Below are positions 1 to 12,700 of a DNA stretch of 64,000 nt, in pieces. Position 1 is the stretch's first letter; the number at the start of each line of letters is the position of its first letter. This DNA comes from Raillietiella orientalis (lineage: Eukaryota). A program made the position numbers and the translations under genes. The notes under the pieces were generated by a model. That model was not told the DNA's origin. It did no database searches and saw nothing but the letters and a program-made list of their open reading frames with translations. The stretch lies in assembly GCA_036172245.1 (NCBI GenBank), contig JAYWIR010000017.1:248001-312000 (forward strand), given 5' to 3'.

Positions 1-172
1 AAGAAAATAAATTTACTGTGCTACAAATCAGAATGTACTGTTAAAAACAACAGTGCAAAAGACCGAGAAGCGTTTGCAGTGCTTTGTAAACAAAAACTCC
101 AATGAAGAACTAAAATTTCGTGCACAGATAACTTCCAATAATGCAAGCACATGCAAAGACAACACAACTTAC

Positions 173-253
173 AGGAATGAACTGCTAATGGACACCATCT
201 TTTGTGTAAGTCCTCAGCATGAGATTGGAATAAGGAAATGACTTGTGGGAGGA
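173..253 (-). CDS. shot: Candidate 81-nt cassette exon after the GAR domain (VLPQVISLFQSHAEDLHKRWCPLAVHS)
   Basis: CTTCTGCAG acceptor, GTAAGT donor, phase 1-1, stop-free in the incoming frame. Confidence 0.55.
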
Positions 254-584
254 CTGCAGAAGGTGAATCATGTATCATCAATCACACATATTAGCATTCA
301 AGAAAAGAAGAGGTACGAGCAATTCCAAAATATAGATTAATAATGTGAATAATATGGTAATAATGTCAGTACACAAACTATTAGTAAATGGTCAGCAGTT
401 ATTTCCCCAAAGTTTACTTCAGCCAGGCAGGAATTAAACAGTTATTTTGTAATTTTTCTGAGATCTGAATTACAATTATAGCATTAGAAAAGCGCAAGTA
501 TCCTTAAGAGAACAAAATTCACTGACATTTACAGAACTCATTATTTCCTCGGTGTACATTTCAAGGATGTAACAAATTACTTAC

Positions 585-702
585 CTCGGCATGGGTCATT
601 TTTTAGCAAAAACTCATCCAAGGCGCACCAACCACCACCAACTCTCACCATCACCGTTGAGCGTAGGATTCTTACCAGACGTAATTTCTGGTTTTCTCCA
701 AA
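585..702 (-). CDS. shot: GAS2/GAR domain exon [39 protein letters not shown]
   Basis: Signature [18 protein letters not shown] acceptor, GAG|GTAAGT donor. Not in the ORF track. Confidence 0.97.
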
Positions 703-3700
703 CTAAAACAAAACATACTTGAATGAGATATGATGCTTTACGATTTATGATCAACAAATGCGACGAACCAATAGCCTTTTATAATGTTGTGTACCACCAA
801 GTGTTGCAAAATCCGTACTTAATTAGCTACAGCAAAGCACACTAAATTCTATTTAAAAATGTGATCGATATTCAGTTTTTTAATTGTAACTAATGACCTT
901 AAAAATTCAAATTACTTGACAAAATTCCACAATAATCTCATTTCTCAGACATGTTTTTTATTCAGAAATATTATTTAAACGTCTTTATTCTTTATATCTT
1001 AATACGAATCTGTACAAAAATTGAATGGCCAAAAACTGTTTATTAAAAACAATGGTAAATTTAACTCACTTTTGCCTAATTCGATGCTGCATTTATTATT
1101 ATGAAAAGTATTTCATATCTGTTAAGATGGTGGAAAATTGATTAGGGATGCATGCAAAATCCAAAGTGCACAAATACGCCAGCAGACTTAGACTCAAATT
1201 AATACATTCCAAATGTTTAAAACCAATCGACTATTCTTGCAAGGGATTAGAAGACCCAAAAAGCTACTCAGAAACATATTTTGAAAGCGTCAATTACATA
1301 AGTTTTAATGGTGAATTCATAGTTTTCTTCACAAAACTAGCAAAAAATGCTGCAGAGCAACTAAACATTGAGAAGCGTCAATGTAAGATCAAAAATGGAT
1401 TCAAAGAGATGAGAGATAAGTCCACAAATAAAACTGCAGATCCAACAATTGAAGGAATTATCAACACGCCAAATCTGTACAAAAACAGACGTGATTTGTG
1501 TAATATAGTAATTATAGAGAGTTTTGGTGATTTATTTTTCAAAATGTAAACAATAAATAACCAAAAATGAGTTATGTACGACTCTTTTGCTGATAGCAGT
1601 AGGTGGGAAAACAACAACTGTTAAGAATGAATCGAAAAGAATCGTCACTTTTGATTTCCGTTCTCATAAAGCGCAGATGAACTCTTACAACAAATAATGT
1701 TTTATAATGAAAGCCACAAATTCAAAACAAATAGTGAATTATGAAACAAATTTGATAATTGATTTCTTTCCTTACTAGTAGGAAAAACTTGACATGACAT
1801 GAACTATCTTATAAGGAATGCAATGTCTGTTCCAATGAACATAACAACTGATGAGACTATTGAAATAACAGAACCAAATCATAAATACAGCAAGGTCGAC
1901 ATTTCACGATCTGGTATATCTTTTAACTGGTGTGACAACCTTATTCATTCAAATAGAAAAAAATATGCAAGAGCAGTATTCATAGAAATTTTGAAAAAAA
2001 ACAAGTAATATCTTAATCTTCATTGGGGAAAACACAAATATCAGATGAACTATTACAGTAGGTACTTGTAATTTTGTTTCTCTCACCCTATATCTCCCTT
2101 CTCCAACAAGAAAAACTTTATATTTTTGGCGGCAGGTACACTGAGAAACTTGACGTTGGACTTCATCTTCGATCTGTTCAGCTTCAGTCAATGGATGATT
2201 TAATTCCCAATCAGGTCGAAGTGCAGCCATGTATTCTTGATAATCAATGAAACCATCCCCATTTCTATCAACTACATCTGCAACTGCATTCATCTCAAGA
2301 CGACTAGTAGGAAATTCTTCAACAAATAAAACATCGATATACTATATCATATACAAAGGAAACTGACTTGATCGAAGGATCCCTTCTATGAATTCTTCTC
2401 TCGGAATATTTCCATCATTGTTTTTATCCATTTTCCTGAATAGATCCATAATTCGTGATTTCTTGTGATTCATCCACCGTAGGAACTGTGCATTCAGTGC
2501 TGTAAATTAAGCACAGAAACTAATGGCTTACTTTTTTCCTCCATTCTTCAAAATCAAAATGTCGAACTTTTTCCAATTCTGATAAATATTCATAATGCTC
2601 CAATAAACGTTTCTCAAAATCCCATGCCAGCAGCCACGTTTTCTTCCAACTATTCCATAATTCCTGCACTTGGGGATGACTACTAATTATGAGTTGAAAA
2701 GAATACAGTAAAATATAAATCTGCCTATAATTAGTAAACAACCTTTCTTTTCTAAGTCCAGCTGTTAAGGTCTCGAAATGTGGGCCCAGACGTGGACCTT
2801 TACCAAATGTGTGACTTCCGGAAAGTTTACTGAACCACAGAATTAAAAAACGTTATGAAAGCAACATGGATACCTAGTTCCGGACATCCAAGGTTTGGGA
2901 TAAGCACGTGATCCATCGTCTTGAGGAGCACTAAAAACGATACAAGTATAATCAATAAATGTGTGTGTAAAACGTTTTGACCAGTTCTTTTAAAAAAAGA
3001 CTAGTACACATGAAGTCATTAGCTTTACTGAAAACAGGTAAAGTTTTTGGAAAATGAAATTAAAGCATACCCTATATTTCTGTGACTGCCTTCATGCATG
3101 GTAGTTTTATTGGCTTTGCATGCTTGCTCAATCTCAGGCGTGCGCGTGTGCATAGTCTCCATAAATTCCTAAACAGACTCGAACTCTTCCAAAACATAAA
3201 ATGTTTTCAGGGATCTCACCTGATGTTCATCTATCATAATTTTAACCTTTTCCAGATCATCCGGCAGAGGATTTACATTTAAGTTTTCGAGATGCATGTA
3301 TTTAGAATTGACCCATTTTATCAATTCTGATAATAAATCTGATAAACTTGCTAAAGCCCCAAGATGGTCCTTCAATCGCTGCTGACGTTGTTGACCCCAT
3401 GCCAACACTTCCTCCCAACGTGTGTTTATGATCGTAATCCAATGTTTAATAACAGCAATTCCGTCAGGATGGCATTTTTTTAAAATACTTTCAGCTAACG
3501 CAAGTGTTTCCTCTTTCATCCTTTCCATTTTCTTTATTTCTTCCATCAATCTAAACAGCAAAATCTTACAGAGGAAGATTCACAGGAATCAATAATGCAA
3601 CAACATGCAACAAAATGATCAGATGCATATTCCCTGTTATTAACACAAAAAATTAAAAACGATCCCGTGAAACTTGGATATAAATATGATACACTGTTCA

Positions 3701-6700
3701 TTCAATTAACCACCAGCTCATTACCTTTCTTGACAGAGGAACTTCCAAAATCATCAACTACATGATGTACAAAATCACCTTTATTCACCATAAATAACCC
3801 TGCTTTTCGATCTATTACTTTCAAACAAACAAATACCACTCACATAAGACAAACCTGAGGAACACCATGATGTTATGCACTGGACGGTACATTATGCACC
3901 TTAGAAAATCAAAGTACACACCCTTCAATGTATTCTTTCTAATTAATCAATGAATTAAAAACACGATAGCAGAAAAATATATCAGCATCTACATCCATTA
4001 TGAGATAAAGAAAAGAGGAGCACATATCCATTCATTATATCCGACTACATTCATTATACTTTCATTGCACCAATTATCCTGAACAGATTTGATGAATTTT
4101 AAAACAATGTTTTTGCATCAGTGTAGCATTTGTTTTAATGCAACTGCATTAAACTCGTTTTACTTTTGATGATGACGAGAAAACAGTTTTAACAAGACCG
4201 GTATATCAATTTTTCTGTCCAGTTTGTCTGTCAAAAGGATCTAGTTCAGCATGAAGTCCCAGAGGGATAAGGAATGTCTATGGTTTATTGGTCATAAGAT
4301 TCTTTACTCTTTGAAAACCCTAATACATCACAAAATGCTTTCCAGTGCAGCTATGCAGCCACCAAATACAGAAAACTTGTACTGATTACCCTTATGGTCC
4401 GTAGTCCAAAACAAAAACTACATAATCAACAAAATCATTGAACAATATAGCGAAGCGTCATTTGCTGAACTTAACAAAGGCAAGCGTAATTTAAAAAAAA
4501 GTACTTGAAATCATTATTAAACAATCATAACCTTTCATGATCGTTTATTTGCCTTGTTGTTTCTTGTTCATTTTCTGGAAAACTGGCTGAAAAGCGCAAC
4601 TTCATTTCAGCATCTGATAACCAATTTAACAAAGTATTCACTGCTTTTGCTAATTTTTCTGCCTAAAAAAAAAACAATTAACTATAGAAAATTAAAATTG
4701 TAAAACCTGTAAATATGCCGCTTCTATATCTTCTCTTCTACGTTTGGAAAGGGTATTTACTTTTTCCCACAGAGTAAACAGTTTTGAAATCTGCAACTGG
4801 ATATCATCTGCATCTTTTCCTGAGGCACTTTTTAATAATTCTTCAGCAATCTTTTTTACAGAATCTAATTGTTTTGATCGATTATTCAGCTCTTCTTGAA
4901 AGTTCTACATAAAAATCACGCAACTCCGCAAAATAAGATTCCTTGTCTACCTTATGCTTTTCTAATATCCCATGTACAGTATCAGGATCTCCATGAATAA
5001 GCTTCTGTTCTTGTAAGTTCGCTTCAGCTTTGTTCAGCCAATCAAACAAGGCATCTACTGCATCTTTAAACTGTCCTGAGAAAAGCAATGCTTCTTCTAA
5101 TGTTCTTTGCCTTGAAAATAATGGGGTGAGACTGTTCTCTCATTAGCAATATTACCTTTCAACTGAAATACCACAGACTGCATTCCACCTATTGCTTAGA
5201 TCATTAAGCATTTGTTGTAATGTAGGAATGTCTGATTTGGGTGCCTTTTCTTTCAGTTGTCTTCCTAGTTTCATGGTATCATCTAGCTGCAATTGCTTGC
5301 TACCAAGAAGCTTTTGAAATTCCTTATGCTGGTTTAATTGCTGCTTCAATTTAGTGGAATCATTTGGCAATGATGAAATCAGTTCTTTCATTTGAATTTC
5401 GGCTTTTTCTAAAAACTTCATTAAATCATTCCAGTTGCTAAAAAATTCTTTCGTTTCTTTGAAAGCAGCATCCAATATCCTGGCACGCTCAGCAGCAAGT
5501 GACAATATTTTTTCCCAACGATGTTGCAGGCTGATCAACAAATTCTTGATGAGAAGAACATCTTGTTTTTGGCTGAAGTATTTCAAATGAGCTCCTTTTT
5601 TATCCAAAGCAAGTATAACTTCCCTCTGAGAACTTATTTCTTTCTGCAGTGACTTGTGTTCATTAATTTGATTCAGAATATTATCATGTACACGGCTAAC
5701 AGGTTTTTTGTCATTGAGAATTTTCTCAGTATTCGATAACCAATTTATAAATGTTTGAACACTGTCATTAAACTCAACAGCTTCTTTAAGAGCAATTTCC
5801 AATTTAATTTTTTTATCATTTGCTCTATTGCAAGTAGCTTCCCAATGCTGCTTTAGTTGCTTTAAATTATTCTGCAGATTTGAAGAATGCTCGAGATTGG
5901 AACGTTTTAAATAATTGATTCCCCGTTCAAGAACAGATTCAACCTTAGGACGACCTTCCTCCACTTCATTGAAAATAACAAGAAATCTATTCAATTGTTC
6001 AGATGCTGTTTCAGGTAGACCACCAACAGGTTTTGTTTGAGAAAGAGCTGAATCAATATCGCCAAGCCAAGAAAGAAGATCCTGGATCTCAGCATTGAAA
6101 TGCTGTGCTTCTTGCAAGGCATCTTCCAAATCTCTTTGTCTATGTTCACTCTTTCTCTTTAAATTATTCCATTTTTCATTCAGTTCATTCAGCTTTGCCC
6201 GTGTTGCAGAAGCATCATCACTGTCAGAACTGGCTGCAATTAACTGATGCCCAGCATCATTCAGTGTATCAACACTGCATTGATGGGCCTGAATATCATT
6301 CAGCAAAACCTAAGTAACATACAAAAAGATTGTATTTATTGTTTCATGAATTGTATTTGTTGGAACACTTTTGAACATAAACACTTTTAATTCTTTACCT
6401 TTAGTTTGGCCAGTTCAATTTCAATAATTTGGGAATCACCAAAGACTGGTTTCAGTTCCATTAAGGTTCTTTCCGTGTTTTCTACCCACGAAATCAGCTC
6501 ACTAAGAGCATGCTGAAACTGTCCCAACTGTAAAAGGGATCTTTCCAACTGTCTTTGTCTTTCAACTATCTGCTTATTCAGAAGTTCCCATTTATGATTA
6601 ATATCTATAATTGGTTGTCGTATAATTAAAGATTGCTCAGGGGTTGCATTTAGGGTTAGTTCCTGAGCTTGCCTGAAACGACGTTTATATTTTCTTACAA

Positions 6701-9700
6701 AATTTATAATTTATCTTAATCTCGTTAAGATACATATGATGATTAATACAATAATTCTTATAGGCTCCTTCATATAGGCAACTATTCCATATGTCTAAGA
6801 CACAGAGATGCATAGATAATAATTTCATAGAATGTTTGCAAACAGTTAATTAAAAATTTACGTTGTAACATAACTATCAAACGGAAATATTCATTAGATG
6901 TTCGTTACATACACAATATGAAATCATCGTGTGCTGATAAAAAGCCTCTACATCAAAATTAGAACATATAGAGTATGACTTACTGTTAACAATAACGAAT
7001 TGGAAACATTTTATTACTAATTTTACTGTTTTGGTGATGTTTTGCTTACCAATTTAAACTTTCGATTTTAATCATATATGGATCAACTTCATTTTTAAAA
7101 GTAGCTAATTGCCTGATCTGCATTTTAATGGAATCTATATCAGAGCCTTGAGGACCTAACTGCTGCAGTTCTTTTTCTGCCTTGTTCAGGAACGTTTTTA
7201 CATTCTGAAATGTGCTCAAAATTAAGCTAATAGTGTGTAATTTTTTACTTCTAAATTATCGTGAAATTCCATGGCTTTTTCCATTGCTTGAATTAGACTT
7301 TCTTCTCTTTTAGAATAAAGTAAAGTTACATTATTCCAGGAGTGATCTAAATCATGTATGTGTTTGTTTACTTCTGGCTTCTCTTGTTCTCCACATAGTG
7401 TCATCAATTCTTTCCCAGTTTTTTTGCATTGTTCAACTTCAGGTTTGGTCTAAAAGTTAGTTAATATTGTAAAGAGTTCAAATATTTGGAACATTCCGCT
7501 CTTTGTGCCTTTCTCTCTCTCTCTCTCTCTTTTAAGCAATTCAGTACATTGCAAAACAACACTGGATGATCAATTTCGTTTTTTCAACTGAATTACTAAT
7601 ACTAAAACGTTTCGAATGCCCCACTACATATTCAAGATTTTTGTAGAACAATCGTTCTTAAACTGCACAATTTGCAGCATAGAGTACTCCGATTTTAATT
7701 AAAAAAATTCTTAAGAAATGAAAATGGAGCGTTTCTCGCATATAAATGATTACTTTTTTCGAGCCATTGGATTTATGGTAATCTTCACAAAAAGTGCACT
7801 GGATGAATAAATTCATATAAATTGATAAGAAAAAAACAGTATCAATTTAAGACTGTAAATGTCATGAATAAATACATTATTAATATGAATACGTGAATAA
7901 GTGATGAATAAGTGATGTTTTACAGTGCATGCAAATGCAACATAATTTAAGGCTAACATAGGAGAAAAAACACACACACACACATTGAATCAGAAAATAG
8001 AACATTCTACCTCTTCAATATTTTCTTTGAGATTTTCTAAATATTTCTGCTGCCTTAAAATGGATGAAGGTTCCATTGCAGGTGGTTCTTGTGTTTCTAA
8101 AATGTTTTGTATTTCTGCAAGGGAGGCCATCACATTTTCTAATTCATGCCAAAATCTATCGGCAACAATCAAGGCTTCTTTTAAACTGTGTCCACGTTGA
8201 TCAGTCAATTTTTGAAGATCATCCCAAAGCTTGTTGAGGCTTTCAACTTTTTTCCTTACATCTACATAAATGACTCACAGTAAAACATTTAAGGAAATTG
8301 TTGAGCATTGATTGTGAGCATTGTTGAGCATTGAAGCTCTGATAATTGCTTCCTTATACTGACCTTTCACTGCTGGATCCACTGAAGAGTTAGCCTTATT
8401 TAAAATGTCCTCAGCTGCCTTATTTACTGCAGTGAATGCTAACTGTCGTTTTTCTAAATCTTCAAGAATAGCAAGATTCTCTGCTATTTGTTCTCGTATT
8501 TTTTCAGGATGTACAGATATTGCTTCAGCATTCTTCACTTGATCAACGGTATTCATCAAGGTAGAAAGCATGCCTTCTAGTTTGTCACTAAATATACTGT
8601 TTTCCTGAAGCATCTGTTCCAACAATTGTTGTTTTTCACGAATGGAAGATTTTATTAAATTGTAGCGATTATTGTCAGAAGTTAACAACTCTTGTATTTT
8701 GGACTGGTCATCTTCGGCTACTATTTGAATTAGTGTTTGGCCTACTTTGTTGACTTTGTCTAAAACTGGTTTATGTTCCAAAATATACTGCATAAGCAAC
8801 TGTATTATCAATTAATTGGATGAAAATACATCAATAAACTAATATTTACATTATTTTTTTCTTGCTGCCGGATAATTTGTTCAGATCTAAGTACAGGACG
8901 GTCTAACACAAGGATTTCTGATTCCATTTCGGCAAACCAATGAACCAATTCTTGATGTCCATCCAGAAAATGCTCTGCTAAAGGAAGAGCTTGTTCTAGT
9001 ATGTTCAGTCGATCATTGGTGAGATGGGATACATGTTCCATGATATCTTTCAGGTCATCTACTTTTTCCTTTAAAGTGTTTATATCTTCACTGTGTCCAC
9101 CTTCACGCATGATCTAGCAATGACAGAATTACAATCACCAATATGCTTCCATGAGTACAGCTGCCACTCAAACTAAATATACAATTGTATTTAAGGTATC
9201 ATTTCAAACTAAAATTATGAAAAAACTTTCTTTACAGTTTTCATTTCCGAATTACGAATGATTAGTACGAAATCTAAATACAATAATAATATTTCAATCT
9301 CACCTTTTTATACATAGATATTATATCTCGCACACGGCCTTTCTGACTAGCAATGTCTTCATTTATGGCTCTTTGTTCTTTCAGTTGCACTTTAATAATT
9401 TCTGGATCACAACAGGGTAGTTCTGATTCTTTAATTTGATTTTCAATTTCCTTAAACCATTCCAAAAGACTATCTATATCTTGTAAAACTTCAAAAGAAC
9501 GCTGGTAATATTTGTTAAAACAGTAACAGTTGGAGTTCAAAAAACAGTTGCCGAAATACCTGTTTGGATATGTTGATACGTTCACCTCTTCTCTGAATCT
9601 GCTCACAAATGGAATCGAATCTACGGTTATCTCTCACGATAAGAGCATCAATAGAAGATGAACTTTCTGCAGAACATAGCTGATTTAATTTGGGACCCAG

Positions 9701-12700
9701 CTGATTGATTTTTTCGAGAACAAACTTATGTTCATGAACCTCGGACTCCAATTTTTGCATTTCTTGTTCTTGCAATAATAAGGAAAGCAAATGAAGAGAA
9801 CGTAACTCTTCTTCTGTATGTAAAAGCCATTCATCCAATACTTTATGTTGCTCATGAAATTGCTGAACAATTGGTAGCATTTCTTGAGCTTTATTAAGAG
9901 CGTCTGAAGCTTTAAATGACAAATCATTATATTTTCTTTGTATAAAATCAAGTTTTTCTTTAAGTTGCAAAGCTTCTTCGCTTGAAATGTGCTTCATTAA
10001 TTCTACTCCTGATTCCAGTAACTCATCCATTTGCTTTTCATGCGTTAGCACTTCTTCCGTTAACATCTAGAAAAAGAATTTTACTTAACATCAATTACAG
10101 ACATTTTCCGTACCGTGAGTTCATGTAGCTGATGCAAAAGTTTCTCCGGATACACAGAAAGGTATCTGAAATTCGTCAATTTGCTTTCCATATCATGCAT
10201 CCAAGAAAGCAGATCTTCATAATTCAATACAAGTGAATGCAGTACAGTTTTTGATTTACGGAATAAGGTACGTAGATTTTCCGAATAATCAAATAATTGA
10301 CTGAAACGATCAGTTATATCTTGGATTTTATCTGTAACTAGTTGAGCATCATCATCACTGACTAAATTGATCAGTTCTTGAACAATCTCTATTACATTAT
10401 CAAAATCAAGGCGATGAGCAACAATATCTTGATGAATTTTCTAGGAGAAAGTTAAATATGTAAAGAGAGTACAAAACTGCTTACTTCATGTTCTTTAATA
10501 GCATTATCAATCTTGTCTTCATCTGAAGGGATAATTTCCATATCTCTCACTCGTTTTTCTGTATGATCTAACCAACTTATAAGGGGTGTCAATTTCTCTT
10601 GGAATTTCTCTGCAACTGTTAATACGGTTTCCAATAGAGCCTGCCGTTTTTGAGCAAAATTATGAAGATTTGTGTATCTTCCTATCATGTTTGACAAATT
10701 TTCTTCTATCAATGCTTTTTCCTTGGGTTCAACACAGTTCATAACTTCTTCCCCCATATGTTTCAACGAATTGATTGAGTTCTGACGATCCATCAACATC
10801 CTCCTCAGGAACTTAAAACAGATGGAACAACGTTAATCCTAAACTCAAAAATCATCAATAAATACAGCAGAGGCAAAGCAAATTTTAAAACAAATGGGTA
10901 TATTACCGAGCTACATAAATTAGTATCCTCACTTTCAAATGCTATTTGGAAATTGGCTTTATCATCATAAATAAATGTATCGACGACGCAAATTCTAACC
11001 TGAATTTGTCTCGTCGATAAAAACATAAAGCCAAAAAATCAAGTATACAAGTCTACAAGAACAAACTTGAAAGAACTGAACATTACTGCCTCCATGAATA
11101 ACACCCACATATGCCAATGATATTTTTACAAATTATACAACACAGAATATACCCAGTCTTGCATGAAATGAGCGATTATAAGTGAATTAAAAAAAAAAAA
11201 AGGGAAGAAACAACTCACTTTTTGCTCCTGAAGCTGAGCTTTGACAACTTTGAAATCAGCAGAGGGTGCTTTTTGATGGGAGATAACATCTTCCATTTCA
11301 CAAATCCAATGATCTAAACTTGTCAGAGCATCTTGATATTTACCACAACGAATAAAACCAATATCTAACTTTCTTTCTCTTTCCAAAAGCTAAAAAATAA
11401 TGGATTTCGGTGAGGTCTCATAGGATTGAAAAATAAACTTATAAACGAGCTCTTTCTTTGAGACCTATAGTTTAGCTTTTCAACAACTTATTTAAGTTCA
11501 ATGTGCTCGTTGAATTTCCGACTTCCCTCATTTGAAAACATAAGAAATTGAGTCGAATACCACTTTTAAAGGAAAAATTACACTCCATTTGTCTGTCATA
11601 TTACTTAAAATAACAAAATAAAATAACAAAAGATGATTTTCCAGTGTAACTGTTTCAACAGCTACATCGGACTGGAAAACTGCTTGGTTTCATTCAATTA
11701 GCGCAGATAAAAATTGTTCACAGATAAAACCAATGGAGTTGCTATATATATGGTCAAATACAAAAAGATAAGAATAATTAATTTGCAATCAACAATATCA
11801 CTTTTCGTTGTTCAAAGTGTTGTTGAACATAGTTATACAATTTCTGGAAACAATAATAGTAACATATAATAGTCGCATGTACCACAAAAGCAAATGCAAT
11901 TTATTGAATAATGCTAAACTGAATTTTTAAAATGCATATACTGCTTGAAAAGGGTTACAAAACCGGAATAATACTTATGAACAAATTCGTCCGTGATCAG
12001 TTACAAATACAAAATTTTTTTTTTTTTCGACATTGTAATGTCACTGTTGAAAAATTGCTACATTTTATTTCAAAAATACGTACGGCAAAACAAGAATTTT
12101 TAGACAGTTTATGAAGTAGTACACTTAATGATCTAAATGAAGAATATACCTTTTCTTTGAGCACAGCCCATTTTTCATTGACTTTTTCTAACTCACTTTC
12201 AAGAGCTGACGTATCAACACCACTTGCTGCAGACTGAATTAATCCTAGTCCCATTTTATTACAGTCTTGTATCTGCTGAGAAAGACCATCAATGTGAGAT
12301 TTTTGAAAATTTGAAAATTCATCTTTCTGCTCTTGAACAATGTCAAGATCAGCACCAATAGCAGGAAAGAGCTTTTCCTGATTGAGAACCTAGAAATATA
12401 AAAAGTGAAAAACAACAAAAACAATGAATCAAACAAGTGCTTACATTATCGAGAGTCTTCCCCAAACTATGGCACTGTTTAAAAAACACTTCTAGCTTTT
12501 CTAAGATAGTCAAAATCTCTGACTCTCTATGTTTAGCTCTGTCTTGAATTCTCAGTAACTGACGCTTCAAAAATTCCAGATGTTCTTTATTACTACTTGA
12601 ATCAGAAATCTCAACATCCTTGGGCGAAGATACCATTTCATTCATCTTATTGCCAACATTTTTGATAAATAATTGTATTTCGTGTTTTTGTTTTTCCACT

